The notes under the pieces were generated by a model that saw only the letters and a list, made by a program, of their open reading frames with translations, was not told the origin of the DNA and made no database searches. From positions 62,001-124,642 of the forward strand of contig JAAILG010000213.1 of the NCBI GenBank assembly GCA_012026655.1: a stretch of 62,642 nucleotides of DNA, read 5' to 3'. Within the stretch, counting starts at the first letter, position 1, and the number at the start of each line of letters is the position of its first letter. The stretch comes from Hydrolagus affinis. Its lineage: Eukaryota. Positions 24,817 through 38,591 of this stretch are shown here, piece after piece. The position numbers and the translations under genes were made by a program.

Positions 24817-27071
24817 TGATATTTAATTTGCCAAAAAAAAAAAGTGTTTCTTCCTTTCCTAATGTTTAAAACAAACAAACATGTAAGAATCCTGGATTCT
24901 GACCAACGCTGGTGGATAAGCAGCCTTTGACCGTCCTCCCCTTCCACAAACAAAGCACCAACAATTGACAGACGAGTCCGAATCCACATTATAGATTTGA
25001 GGGAACGCAATTGGGTGGCTGACTAAGCCTTCAAACCTAGGTAGTCCATAACAGTGGAGAGTCACTTTTCGTTAAGTTAAATTGATATGTAATGGATATG
25101 GTTTCCTCAGTGAGATACCATAACCAGATACTGCAATTTGGTTTGTGGTGGAGGATGGGTAAATTGTATCTGTTTTTGTGGTGGGGGGGGGGGAGAAGAG
25201 TGTTCAATTGAAAGGCTCAGATAGCTGAAATTACCCTGGATATTTCCGGGGCAATTCATATAATTTTCTTTTTTGTCCCGAAAGCACAAAGCAAAAATCC
25301 AGCTATTAATATATTTAAAAAGAAAGAATAATATTTATAAATGAAATCAAATACAATATTTGCCTAATTTGTGTGGTTAACTGAGATGATTGATTGATCT
25401 CCTATTGAAAAAATGGCACTCCACTGTATTATTGACTTAGTTGGGCATTTCTCAAAAGTTACTGAAAAGTATTATTGCTAAGTTGTGATTTTAATACTGT
25501 ACCAGTCGTATGGGTTAGAATTCTGTTACAGGGTACTGTTGTTTCTGATGTTTACTTCCTAATCTGTTATCTTGTATTATTTATTTGATGACTTTGATTC
25601 TTATAATATCAGTTGACCTTGCATCACAATTACACTTGCAGCCATTAATTTGTGCCTAGGATTGGCGACTTTGTCCCATCCAGTTAGAAGCTATTTGAGA
25701 TGTTCACAGTGTAGGTGACATTCTGAAACTGTTTCCCCCGATTGCCCAGTTTTAAAATATATATTTTTTAACGATTCCAACCCTGGCTGAAAACGGTTTG
25801 ATCGATAACAGCGCGATTGAACGCGGTGCGTGTCCTTACATGTGCGTTTAGTCATGGAGTGACACGCGTCCCCAAGTGTCCCACGAGGCAGAAGAGGGAA
25901 GTGCAATGGCCAGAGACGAGGCCAGAGACTGTCACTGTCATCACTCACTGTAGTACCAAATTCCCACTCCCATTAGGTAAAGTTCCACCGAAATGGTCAC
26001 GAAATAAATTTGCTGCCATAGCACTTGTTCTGCAGAATGGAAAAATTATCCCAGATCAGAGTGGACATATCTGATGCGTTCCTTCGTCATTCTAGCGCGC
26101 GATGCAATAAAGAGGAGGATCCAATTATTTCATATCGTACTGTGATAGTAAGGCTCATTTGCTCCTTAAAAATTCCAATAACTTTTGATTTTAAAAAAAA
26201 TGATGTTGCTTAGAGTTCACTTCTCAGATGGAAGTGCTATTATCCCATTACCTCCAGGCAACTATAATCATTGCATCTAATTGGGAATCGAATCCTGAAT
26301 ATTTATTGTACCCAGTTTGAAGTTTCACTGCTTCCAGTCCAGTCAAAACTGTGACCTATAGTGATTAGAGTCTGACTTCACAAGTGAGTTCCAGAAAGAG
26401 AATTTACTTTAAAAATGTTTATCATATTAGAAAGTAATTTTTGCTCCGATGTATTTAAAAAAAAAAAAAAATCCAATAATTCTTTATAGCTTGTTGTAAA
26501 CAATCCACACTTGTATAGGCCCTGCCTGCCAACCTTTGCCAGTGTCCTGCAGAAACATTGATTTCATCAGTAATGGTCTGGTTAATGTTTCTTCTAGAAT
26601 CTAGATGGTAGGACAGCCAATCAAAGGTTTTCGCAGATGATCTGAACCCCTTCAGCACCCAGCAGAAGGGTGCTGTTGGGTGCTCACAAACCTCAGCACA
26701 GGTTTCAGCCAATCAGAATTACTAAGTCATCTTGTTTTATGTGGCAGATCAAATAGAAGATGAGGTTCCATTGGAAACACAATTTTGGTGGGAGTATTGA
26801 TGAGTCTTGATACGCAGATAGTTCTAACGACGCCCAATGTATGAGACAGTATTTCAGTCCTTATCTTTTGGGCTTACTAGCCAACTGTGAGCTTCCCAGT
26901 GCTATACGTGTGCAAGATCTTTGTAGACAAACATTCTATGTTGTACCCTTGTAGCTCAATCACATTGATTTGGTTAGTTGAAAGCACACCAGCACTTTAA
27001 CATTGCAGAATACTGTATGCAGATGGACTAAGTACAATGAGCATCACAGTGATCTCTACCATTGATAGTTA

Positions 27072-27118
27072 GTGTGTGCGTGTGTGTGTGTGTGTGCGTG
27101 TGTATGTATGTGAGTGTG
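27072..27118. repeat. (GT)n microsatellite
   Basis: Direct reading. Confidence 0.85.
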
Positions 27119-27789
27119 TAAGCATAATTGCCAGAATACTTTGGATTCTGTATCTACAAGAGTTGCACATTCTCTAGAAACCACTCTAGTTCAGATTCTA
27201 TCAGCTAAAATCGATGTTTTATTTAAATGTAAGTATTTTTAATATGGTCTCATATTGAATGCACTCGGCGCAAAAGAAATGATTCTGAAAATGTAAAAAG
27301 GTCTAAGGTTTAAGAGGAGTAGATGCTACTCCAACTTGTTTTCTTCCTATCATGCATCTTCCGTAGATGGACACATCACAGAGAAAGTACCAATCAAAAC
27401 AGGTACAGTGAAAGTGCAATGTTAATATTTATGTAGTGTATATTAGAGAGAAGTTGTATTTAATAGTTATTCAATTCTATTCTGTATTCAGGTATTTTTG
27501 ACCAAATAATGGGTCTGGGCAATATAGGGCAACACGGCTGGTGGCTACTCAATGGGAAACTGATTTGGGATGGCTACATCCTTTCAGTTATGGCAGGAAT
27601 TGTCTTGAATTCACAAGACGGTATACGTATAACTTTGCATGATGGCGTTATTCCATTTGGATGCATTGCTTGCTGGTTGTGAAGTGGTTCCTAAAAAATT
27701 GGCGACAAGGCAAAAACCTCGCCCACCAACCAACATGTGGTCTACATCACGGTTCTGCTTTTCATGCAAACGAGGAATATTTGAAGCGT

Positions 27790-27846
27790 TCTGAGACGCC
27801 GTCCGGCGTGGAGGGCGCTGTATAAATTGAAGTTGTTGTTGTTGTA
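27790..27846 (+). mobile_element. Retroposon 3' tail (near-identical copy at 29110-29166)
   Basis: ctgagacgccgtccggcgtggagggcgctgtataaattgaagttgttgttgttgta. Confidence 0.65.
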
Positions 27847-29109
27847 TTTATACTGCAGAGATCTTACAGGGGAGGTCAGAGAGTTGGGCGGGAGAGTTTA
27901 AAAGCATTCCTCCTCTTACTCCCCAACCACTCGCTCATTCAACATACGTAGGCAAAGGTTCTTCAGAGGGACACAGAAAAGGTCACGGATTTGCACACTT
28001 TCCATTCAAAGTACAGTACTGTACAGCACTTTTAATGCGTTTACCTACAAAGTAAACACTCACCTCACTTTGCAGCAATTCCTGTGAAGTGTGTAGAGGT
28101 TGAAAGTCACTACAACAGATGGTTCATTATTAGTGAAAGAAAAGATTAGTGAAAGAAAAGAGTGGGATTGGTTTTACTGTAGCTGCTGGTGCTGATTCAT
28201 GGAAACACAAAATAAAAATAATAAAAATAATAATAATCCTTGCATTTGATATAACGCCCATCAACTAGATGTCTCAAAGCCTACTTACAATACAAATGTA
28301 ATGATTTGGGCCTCCCCCACAAAAAATAAATCAATAGTCAGAATTTCAAAGGAGGAATGAAAAAATTATGCAAAAATGCCTCGTTGTTCTGCCAAACCTC
28401 TCCCCATTTGTGCCACGTTATTTCAGTGAACTAAAACTTGCTGATGGGGCAGTGAATGTGTTATTAATAATAATACAAAGAACATTTGCACTCCTTGACA
28501 CTTTTAAGAGGAAGGTTTCAATTTGTAATTTCCATTACATTTGGAGGGAGAGATTCTTTTGTCAAAAATGTTATATTTAGACGATAAATACGACCTTGTA
28601 CACACATATTAAACCCTTCCTTCAGTGTTCAGTGCATCTAATTTACTCCATTTGATGTGTTGAAGCTTGTGGCTCTACATCACAAAGTGTCTAATGCAAT
28701 CACTTTTAGGGACTCCCTCAAAGACCCAGTTAGTGGATTCACTGCCGAGTGTGAAAGTGAACAACGCAGACGAGCAAAGAGAGATCCGTGTTCCGTGAGT
28801 GTTTGGTTGTCGCAGTTGACTTCATCAATCCTACACTAGGGCCAAAAAACCATCAGCCATGGAGACCCCAACTGGTTCTAGGCTCAGCCAATCTTTAATG
28901 ACATTTCAGATTGTGTGTAAAAAAAAAATTGGGGTGGGGAGGAAGATATTAAATTCAGATTTAATTTTTTTTTGAATCCGGTTTACATTTAATTTCTTAA
29001 AGGTTAAGAAAATAGTCTTTAAGAGTCTAGGATCAAGTTGAATTTCTGCCGGATTGCCTGCTTGCTGCCTTGTGTTAGCCACGTAGATGGCTAACACAAA
29101 TCAATGCAC

Positions 29110-29166
29110 TCTGAGACACCGTCCGGCGTGGAGGGCGCTATATAAATCGAAGTTGTTGTTGTTGTA
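29110..29166 (+). mobile_element. Retroposon 3' tail, second copy
   Basis: ctgagacaccgtccggcgtggagggcgctatataaatcgaagttgttgttgttgta. Confidence 0.65.
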
Positions 29167-32051
29167 GATAGCGATCTGGATTAGGAAAAGCCAACCAGTA
29201 AACTCATTGTGAGGAGGAGTCGATGCCTTCGGGAGAACGGGAGAATTTCAAAAGCGGTCAAAAGAAGACACACATTAATTGGCGATTTGAATGTATTGAT
29301 GGATGGATCAATTGCTGATACCTGGGTTTACTTCTGAGACACAAAAAAAAACGATGGATGTCCTCCCTCTCTCAACGCTGGGAATCACTAAACGACCTGT
29401 ACATTGCCCTTTGCACGTTTAGTGGTACAGAGTACAGGAGTCAACAGAGTAGCTAGCTAGCTAGGGGCACCCCAACAAGAGAGTCAGTTTGCGTTTTCAG
29501 GAGAGAAAGTGGAGGGGAGAAAATTGACCAGTAAAAGATAATGTGCATCAAAGCCCCTGATTGTCTCCCTCTTTTGAGGAATGAATATCTCCCGAGTCTG
29601 TATTTGCCAAAGAATAGATTCGCAAACGTTCTAATGAAGTCCAGGTGTGAAACAAGAGTCGTCCGTGAACGCAGTCCTAGAGACCGTGAGTGGTTGGTTG
29701 GCTGATGAATGGGTGAATGAGTAAATGAGTGTGGTTTCACGTTAACCATTCTAGCGTTTTTTTTTCTCTCTCTCTCGCTCGTGAAACTTTCCCCTGAAAA
29801 TAGTAGTGCTGTCACAGAAAACAGGAACTAGCTCGGAGGAACTAGCTTTGTCCAAAAACGTGGTTCATTAATAAAACAATTCCCCTTCCTCCCCCACCGC
29901 TCCCCACCCCCAGCTAAAAAAATATATATATCTGCATGTGGTTTTTTTAATAGAAAAAACAGTTAAATTGTATTGGGGGAGGGGAGTGTGGGGAAGGGGG
30001 GAGGGAAGTGTGGGGGAGGGGGGAGGGGATGGGGGGGAGGATTAAGGCTGACGAGAACTTCAGAGGAATTGGATTCAGGAAAGAACTGATCTCAAATTTG
30101 TACATCTTTCTTTTCGAAAGAATTGTTGTACGACATTCGAAACCGCAAAAGAGACTATTTTTGCAAAAAAAAAGATTTTAAAAAAATTAAAAAGTCGCTT
30201 GTAGTACTCGGTACACTGTTTAAGGTCATTCGGATAGAATAATCAGTTCTCAGGCATTTATTTATGATCAGCATTGAAGAGTAACCAGTGATGTGATTTG
30301 TGTTTCAAAACTATATACTGCTATATATATATATAGAAAATAATATTTTACTACAATACTCATTCGGTGTAAAATGACTTTCTGTTGTTAGCCAGCAGGG
30401 ACATGTTAGCTTCAAAACCCCATCATTTTCACCCGTATTGTATCCATGACCCTTGTGGGATTTGCATCACACATTTACATTAGCACAGAAGAATCCTTGC
30501 GTTTGACTTTGACGTGGCGCCCTTCAACATTGGGATAACCTCTCAAAAGAGTTTCCCAGGAATGACTTGTGTGTGACTGTATTTTGTAGGCCAACGCAGC
30601 AGCAGCAGCGCCCACCCCCCCCCCAACAAACAGCCATGAAGTCAGTGAGTTTTCACTTGGGGATGAGGGGGGCGGGGGGGGAGGGGAGGTGGTGAACTTA
30701 AAAAGTCCTTTTTTATATAAACGTTGCCGGTGACAGTGAGGTCTAATTAAACTCTGATTTCTCAATGGGACTTAATAAAAAGGGATGCCATTATTCTAAT
30801 TCACGGGAGATTGGCTGGTACGGGATCTATATTTGGTCTGTGGAATATCATGAATAATGCTCAGCCAGTTACCAGGAAAGGGAACAAACACAATCTTTTT
30901 TTTTCCCTTATTAATAAATCCCACGCAAGGAGGTTTGAAAGCTGCCAGAAAGACTATTTAGAAAGACTCCCCCTCCCCCCACCCCACAAGGATGTGTTAG
31001 GTCATCGACTAGGAGGGACGTTAAAAGATCTTAGATTAAAAAGTTCTCACGGCACTATTTGGAGAGGAAAGTGGCTTTCTCCCAGTGTCAATCTCCCAGA
31101 GAGAGAGAGAGAGAGAGGAAAAAAACATGGTTGTTCACTTCACAGCTGGTTTGCATGAAGTTGCTGTGCAAATATTTGTGGTTACATTTGCCTAGAAACC
31201 CACACAGTCACTACCCGGAAAAGTCAGTGAAGCGTTAATATGCTTTAAGCTCTATCTAAATGAAGGATTATTAATATTATTAAATCTCAGTATTGTATTG
31301 GTTGGCTATTATTTGATTGCTGTAGTGGGGGGTCAGTCATTCTGTTTGTTGGGTTAGCAAATACTTCCATCAGCCTACGTTTTCAGGGTTGTTACTGAAA
31401 CACTGGTTAAAGTTTATTTTGTGATTGTCAAGGGTTTTCATCCAATTCTCTGTGGTTTATCTATCTGCACAGTACGGGGTACCTAGTCTGTCAATATATA
31501 TGTATACTGTATATACAATACCTCTTCAGTCAAGTATGTTTTAAGAAATTGAACAATGTATTCGATAGTATATATAATAGACACAGGTTGAATCCTGTCG
31601 ACGTTCAATATAATGTACAATTATTGAGGTTTAAAAACACACACAAAAAAAAGGGTACACTAGAAATTGTTGACTTTTTCACATGGTGAGTAACAGGGTA
31701 ATTTTCAGTGTTGCACTCCACTCCACCTGCCGGCTTATAAATAAGTGAGGGAGCTCTTGAAAATGTCTGAAAATGTCAGATTTCGCTCTGAAGTGAAAAC
31801 CAACGAGAGCTTCACTCTTTTTCTGCAGCCGTTTTTGAAAGAGACCAAGGAAACTCCGGGAAGCAGAGGATGTATTTCAAGTGGGAAGTGTTTCCTCGTA
31901 TTTAACTACAGCATTTTTGCTCCATATTCTTGTGCAAAACGTTGGTTCCTTTTAGATAAAATTGCGTCCCGATTTTCCCCCCTCAAATGTTTACGCAGTA
32001 GCCCCTACTTTTATGTAGATAAAAAAAATGAATTTTAAATTATGCTTTAAA

Positions 32052-32057
32052 AATAAA
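32052..32057 (+). promoter_or_regulatory. Candidate distal poly(A) signal of CACNA1G
   Basis: AATAAA followed by GU/U-rich sequence; other AATAAA sites exist upstream, so usage is uncertain. Confidence 0.3.
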
Positions 32058-34756
32058 TAGAGAACATTCTCAGCGTGTCGGTGACGTTATTATTTATTTT
32101 TGTCGTCTCGATAGGAAACAGAAACGGAGTGACACGGGTGAAAGTATTGTTTAGGAGTATAGGTCTTATAAATCTAAGACTTTTGCGGTGTGACTTCTCC
32201 TACAGGTGTGCTTTCCAGGTTTTGATCAAGGTCCTAGTTAACAACAATTAGGAAAAAAAACAGCAGTACAGGGTGAGGGGAGAGTAGCATTGTTAAGAAG
32301 TGCTTTGGATGCAACTGAGATACTGACACGTTAAAGATCCTATACCATGACTCAAAAAAAAATAAAGGTGAGTTTCTCGTGGTGTGGAAGCCAGCGATTC
32401 TCCAGATAAATTAGTCAATCATCTAGTAACCGTGTGTGTGTGTGTGTGTGTGTGTTTGTGGGTGGGACACACACACACGAACTCCTGTGCACATTTGACT
32501 ACAAATAGTCACTACACTAGACCGCAAAGCACTTTCAGACATTTCAACATGACATGTTCTGTATCAAATGTAAGGAGTGTTGTTATTGGAGAGAGTCACA
32601 TGAATAAAATGAAGTGTGATATTTTTCCTTTTGTTTAAACAGCAGTTACTGCACTGGGAAGCTGAACAGCTCCACCTTGTGTGGAAAGATGTGCTTCTCA
32701 AGATGCTCATTGGTTTTGTAGGATTACCAATCATTTTATTAACTGAATGTTTCGTCAATTCATTATACCGGTGACTGTGATTAGTCTATTAAACGTAATA
32801 ATCGTTTATTACGTTTAATAGACTAGAACAGGCATGGTTAAGTTTGTTGATTTCGTCCAAATTATAACAGGAATGAGAAAGGGATGTTTTTTCCCCAAAA
32901 TCCATTTTTTGGGGTTAAGATCTCTCGACAAAAAAATTGCATTTTTTAAAGCCTCATTTGTGAAACCAGAAGAAACGGGTATTTGAAAAGTAATAGCTTT
33001 AGATAAGGGCCAAATGAATATAAAACACATGTCCCCGTAAGACTCGGGGGTATAACCGAGTATAACCAATTAGAGAGACTGCATTTACATTAATTATTAT
33101 TATTTTCTTAAGTATCAATTTTCCCCGACTGTTTATTTTCTCTGTAATATCAGAATGCTCTCCCCGTTTCTGATATCCAGCCTGGAAGAGTTGAGACGGT
33201 CTTACAAACAATGCAACTTAATCCCAATCCTCTCGTCACACCAGCCTTTCTTACAAGAAATAGGTTTCAGCAGGTCGCAGATTTGGATGGTTCACATCGT
33301 TTTGTTCATCAATAATCAATTATTAGTAGGTAATTGTATCTTAATCTAGAACTGGAATCTGTCATTCATGTAGAATAGTTTTTTTAAAAAAAACAAATTA
33401 AGCAAAACTAACCTGGATTGTTTTTTTCCCTTGTGGTCAATTAGTAATTGTAGGAAGAAGTCAAAATAGTTTTCAATACGCTTTTGGATCCTCTCTAAGT
33501 AAATGGCCACAAGGGATGATTGCACATGTCAGCTGTGAAAAGGCGAGACAATCGACAAAACATTTTCTAAAAGGGATCCAGTCCAGAATGCAGATAAAGC
33601 CCCAATCTAAGAACCCATCCATATGTATTTTCTGTTTTAAAAAAAAACTTTCCACAAATAGATGGCAAAAACACACTGATGATTCACGGCAGAATGCCCA
33701 TCACCCTCATTTAAATTGGGGTTAGTTTATGCATATGTAACATACTGTACTGCAGGCAGAAGGATAACCGCAGACTTGTGGCAAATGCCCACGACTGCGC
33801 TCACTGAACCCTGACTACGTAGGGAATATATTCTCCCAGATATGAAACATGGGAGAAACTCAAGCCAATAGATACAAGGTCATTTTTTTTAAATTTGATC
33901 CGAAGTAAATCTGTAGTCTCACTTCAACTTGTACGAAAAAACATTGAGACGGAATCCTACAATGTGCTGGATTACCAGGACCTTTCCCAGCCTAGTAAAG
34001 CTAGTTACGCAATATGCTCATTATAATTCCAGGTGGAGGCTACATAGGTTGGATAAGGCACAACCGTTTGAAAAACCCATAAACTATACCGTAAGGGACA
34101 ATGTATTAAATATTCTAAAGTCAATCAACCGTGGGCCTGTCTCCGCTTCTGGAAACTAACTGTAAATCAAGGCTGGGGTTTGCGCTGATCCATGGTTTAT
34201 GTTAGCCACGGCTGAGGGTAGCAAACAAACACAATTTCTTGCTCGCAAATCAAGCTTAAATATGTACACATGATTTAAGGTCTTTTGATAGGTTTACACA
34301 AATAATTAAGCTTTTTAACCGATTCTACCACATTTCTAGCTTGAACCCGAACGAGTGGATCGGTAATCTTTCAAATTTTCTCGAAACAATTGCTTTCTTT
34401 CAAGGATTACTCAAATTTTGAGTAGCATTCAAGTGCCACTTTTGATGACTTCAAAGGGATTTGGGACATCATTAGGCACATTCTCACATTTTCAACACAT
34501 TGTACAATTCATTTGGAATTATTCTTCTCGGGAGAGAGGCTATAAAATTAACCATCGAAAGAACAGTGTTGGACTCCAGTGGTGAAGGGTATCTTCAAGT
34601 TAACCCATTTAGACGAACAAAAGTCTTTTCAATCAAGAAAATAAAGAACTTAAACCTTTCTACATTAAACTGCCACTGAGGCAGAAGTCGCCATTCCAAG
34701 GTTGAGTTCAAGGCAGTCTGTCAGTCTCACTGGAGCCTTCTCGCTCGAATGCTGCT

Positions 34757-34887
34757 TCATTCATTTGCCACCTGCAGCATCTCTTCCACATTCGACAGTT
34801 TTTCTCGGCCCTTTCCCAATTTTGCTCCTTTCACCAGCTCAGCCTCGTTAATCTTTTCCCATCCGGGGAATGAAACCAGGCGCACAC
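34757..34887 (-). CDS. FDXR: FDXR exon 12 (last coding exon)
   Basis: 131 bp; GVRLVSFPGWEKINEAELVKGAKLGKGREKLSNVEEMLQVANE*. Confidence 0.93.
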
Positions 34888-34911
34888 CTAAACAAGCAGC
34901 ATTCGAAAATA

Positions 34912-35070
34912 ATATTAACAATGACGACGACTTGCGTTCCTTATAGCGCCTTATCTTGTCTTCGAGGCCTCTAAAGCGCTTCACAGGAATATTGAATCGA
35001 CAGTATATTTTGTTGGCGAAGCGCAAACAATCCCACAAACAGTCGTGAGACAAGTGGTCAAATTATTATT
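34912..35070 (-). mobile_element. SINE fragment filling most of FDXR intron 11
   Basis: cttgcgttccttatagcgccttatc...aaagcgcttcacag...tcccacaaacagtcgtg. Confidence 0.7.
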
Positions 35071-35108
35071 CGTGGCCAAACTTTCACGAAGGAGAGTGGT
35101 GCACCCAC

Positions 35109-35282
35109 CTCTTTGCTGAAGCAAAGACTGCACGGCATTGAAACCTGCCTTTGGAACGGACAAATTCAGTGACCCCAACTTGACATCCTCCACCACAGAC
35201 TCCGCAGTTTCGAAACTGTCATTCATTGTGGTCAATATGACTCCGGTCGGTCCCCTCTTTACCCAGCCGCTGCAGTAAAGAC
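35109..35282 (-). CDS. FDXR: FDXR exon 11
   Basis: 174 bp; [33 protein letters not shown]... Confidence 0.95.
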
Positions 35283-35599
35283 CTAATTAGTTTGGGGAAG
35301 CAAATGGAAAATAATCTCGATTAATCTTCAGGTGAATGGAGCAAAGCGATGCAACATCCAACCCATTACTTTCAGGAATAGTCCAAGTGTATATCAGGTA
35401 AGAACACAACTTTCAGTTCCAAATAACTTAAGAACCACAGGAATGTAAGGGCATTCACTTCCGTCGTATCCGGGCTGTTTCTCGAAACAAAAATAAATGT
35501 ATTCATAATGAAGTTAGCCCAGTAATAAGGTAAGCTGACAAGAGCGGTTCTCACCAGAACATAGGGACAGAACAGCGAATCTTCTCTGCTTTACACATA

Positions 35600-35795
35600 G
35601 CTCTTGCTCAATCCCTCCACCTTGCCCCCTCCCTCCCCACCTTCAAGTCCCGCCTAAAGACTTTCCTTTTTAATTGTGCTTATGGTCACTTCCCCACTCC
35701 CTCCCCTCCCTTGGCTCGTATGCCTCCGCTACTGTGAAGCGCTCCCGGCCGCTGTCCTGTGTGAACGGTGGCTACACAAATGCAAGTTGTTGTAT
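35600..35795 (+). mobile_element. L2 LINE 3' end next to the FDXR exon 10 donor
   Basis: ccttcaagtcccgcctaaagactttcctttt...gtgaagcgc...aaatgcaagttgttgt. Confidence 0.65.
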
Positions 35796-35805
35796 AACGA
35801 CTCAC

Positions 35806-35974
35806 CCGGTGTGTTCAGGACTCGACCCAAGTGATTTGGGATAACTTTTTTCTTATTATCAAATGGAAAAGAGCTGATGGAATGACTTTTGTAGCCAATG
35901 CTGCTCAGTACCAAACCACACTCCACATCTTCAAACTCTTCTGTCTGAATGGCCTTAGGAGACTCTCTTGAACC
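35806..35974 (-). CDS. FDXR: FDXR exon 10
   Basis: 169 bp; GSRESPKAIQTEEFEDVECGLVLSSIGYKS...IPNHLGRVLNTP; acceptor is an unusual gag. Confidence 0.88.
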
Positions 35975-36399
35975 CTCAGTAAAGAGAAGAAATCTCCAGT
36001 AACCAAACCAAACAATACACACAGCTTGACAATTGAGTTTTGTGTCTGTGTGTATGTGTATATATATTTTATCACAGATGTTATCCCAGTTATTTATAGT
36101 CAAAGCAGTCAGGATCGAAATACATACAAAACAGACATATCTCTGGTTTACAAAGCCAACAGGTGTGACAACGTTACTTTTGACTTTAATTAACTCGGAA
36201 TTCCTCAACCATGTCCTCCACCTTGGCTGAAGTTCAGCCCACAAAGCAGCTGCTTTGCTTATCCCCCCCCAACAACTTACATTTATATCAAGTGCATTTC
36301 ATGTCAGGAGGACAAGTGTGGAGTCTTATCAGCGTGACGTGAAGTATATTACGAACCTTACAAGTATGATCGACTCAGAACCCCAAGTGTAACGCCTAC

Positions 36400-36599
36400 C
36401 TCCAGTTTATTTATCGACAGACGTATTCCAGCCACGCTTTTTCCATCACCGGTCGGCAAAACCTGCACGGGACTGCGTAAGAACCGAAGGCCCCATTCTC
36501 TGGTCGCTGCTTCCCGTCGTTCTGCTTCTTTTGGTGAAGGCTTTTCGAGGGCTGTTTTGATCATTAGCTCAGTCAACCTCTTTCTTGGCCTTGGCATGT
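36400..36599 (-). CDS. FDXR: FDXR exon 9
   Basis: 200 bp; DMPRPRKRLTELMIKTA...WGLRFLRSPVQVLP...INKLE. Confidence 0.95.
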
Positions 36600-37149
36600 C
36601 TGAAAGTAGTAAACTAGCAGTTTTGTTAGGCAGCAGGAGAGAGATCACGTTTGGTAATCCCATTTTACATTAGTCACTCATACAGCAATTAACAGTCAGA
36701 TCTGAACACAGAGAAGTTAATGTGCTAAAATTAGTTTTTTTTTAAAAAAAAGCACATTGACTAAATAGATCTGATTCACTATTGGCAATGGAGTTATTTA
36801 CCCTGTTTGAAAACTTTTCATCTTACAATGAAGGCCACTGCATTTACTGCAGTCACTCGAGTGCAATGACGCACAGAAAATGACGCATTAGATTCTCTGG
36901 ATTTCATGGCCGCCAGATGACCAGACTGATCTTGATTCTGCAACATTCATAAACCTGAGTCCTTTAACCTTCGGAGAAATTTAAAATATAGCTGTTGAGG
37001 AAATACACCGCTGTCGACGTTGTAAAAAATTTACAGTTTTGCGCATGAGTTTCTCCATCATAAATCAGAAGTTAGAAATTGTTGCAGCGATAATTCACTC
37101 GAGTATTCCTGTCCAAATTCTAATTTCTCACTTATTATTAATAACAATA

Positions 37150-37318
37150 AATAACAGCTTCAAAAGGGAATTGGACAGGTATTTAAAAAAGAAAAGTTTG
37201 CAGGGTAACGGGGTAAGAGCGGGGAAGTGGGACTAGTTGGTAGGTAGCTCTTTCAAAGAGCTGGCACAGGCACGATGGGCTGAATGGCTTCCTTCTGTGC
37301 TATAAAATTCTATAATTT
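37150..37318 (+). mobile_element. CR1 LINE 3' end
   Basis: ttcaaaagggaattggacaggtattt...gcacaggcacgatgggctgaatggcttccttctgtgctataaaattctat. Confidence 0.8.
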
Positions 37319-37459
37319 AAACTGTATCCTTTTATAGATCTATTCAGACCGTGCTTTAAATTTACATAAGCCTCTTCTAAAGTTAAATTGGATCTAACCT
37401 TTAATGTTTTGGCTTGTCATGTCGCATGTTGCAAAGTAGTAAAGGTATTGTAATCTCAC

Positions 37460-37544
37460 CTTTAACGATTTCCTTCAGACCCTCAAAATCACTAGGATTG
37501 AACAAAGGTCGAGTACCAGGCAAATTAACCATCTCACGCAGCTC
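37460..37544 (-). CDS. FDXR: FDXR exon 8
   Basis: 85 bp; ELREMVNLPGTRPLFNPSDFEGLKEIVK. Confidence 0.94.
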
Positions 37545-38080
37545 CTGAGTGAGGAATAATAGGAGCTATAAATCTTCAATATAAATTAAAATCAGCCATA
37601 ATATATAACAATCCTAGCATCTGATATACCTCTAGTTCACTCTAGCAGATTTACCCTTAAGCTATAGTGACTATTTTGTAGACGAACATGTATTTACCTG
37701 TGATAGAATTCATCATTTATGGCAAAGCAAAACGAGTGATCCTGAATATTTCTTAAGATTTATGATCTAAAGCCTGCATTTATTATTAATAAATCTTACT
37801 GGCAAAATCATTGGCAAACGCGCATAACGTCAAAGACCAGTGAGACACCGAAGTAGATAACAGAAGAGAGCGATTCAATTCTGCCACGCTGGGAATTATT
37901 TGTAATATTACAAGTACTAATTCTTATAATGCGAACTTTGTCTTAACCACAGCACACTTTAAAATCAAAGGAAAAGGAGAATCAATGAACTTTTAGTATA
38001 ATCGAGCATCATCTAGCACTTATAGTCCTGCAGGCAGTTTAGAGTCTCAGAGCGTTTACAATACCATGAGAATACAACAC

Positions 38081-38188
38081 CTTAATGGTAAAGGCTACTT
38101 GCAAGGCCCCTCTCCTTCCAACAATCAGGATCCTCTTCAGTTTACTAGCAGCGATTGCCTCCAGAGAATATGATGTAATATCGGTTTT
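38081..38188 (-). CDS. FDXR: FDXR exon 7
   Basis: 108 bp; KTDITSYSLEAIAASKLKRILIVGRRGALQVAFTIK. Confidence 0.94.
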
Positions 38189-38489
38189 CTATAAGAAAGA
38201 TGTACTCATGTTAGGTTACCTTCATTAGAATATTCTGAAGTTAGAATTTCCATACAAAATCGCTGTAGAAAATCCGACAGGAATGGAAGTTTTCATTTTT
38301 CTCCAATGGGGTCTTTCTACTTAAGAGTTAATGTTACAGTAACGCCATCCTGATAGTTGATTAGCTTTATCACTGTAATATGGGGGAAAGAGGATGATTT
38401 AATACTAGCGGAATTCAAAAATAACTGTTCCACCTAAGAGGCAGGTGAGCACAGATGATTCAAAATAAATTTATAGAGACAGGACGTAC

Positions 38490-38591
38490 CTTAAGCAAGT
38501 CAATAGGAGAAATGAGGATCCTGGCAATATCCAGGGCTACATTTCCTTGTCCCAAGATAACAGCTGTCTCACAACTCAGGTCCGGGTTCAG
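38490..38591 (-). CDS. FDXR: FDXR exon 6 (NADP-binding GxGxxA)
   Basis: 102 bp; [34 protein letters not shown]. Confidence 0.96.
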
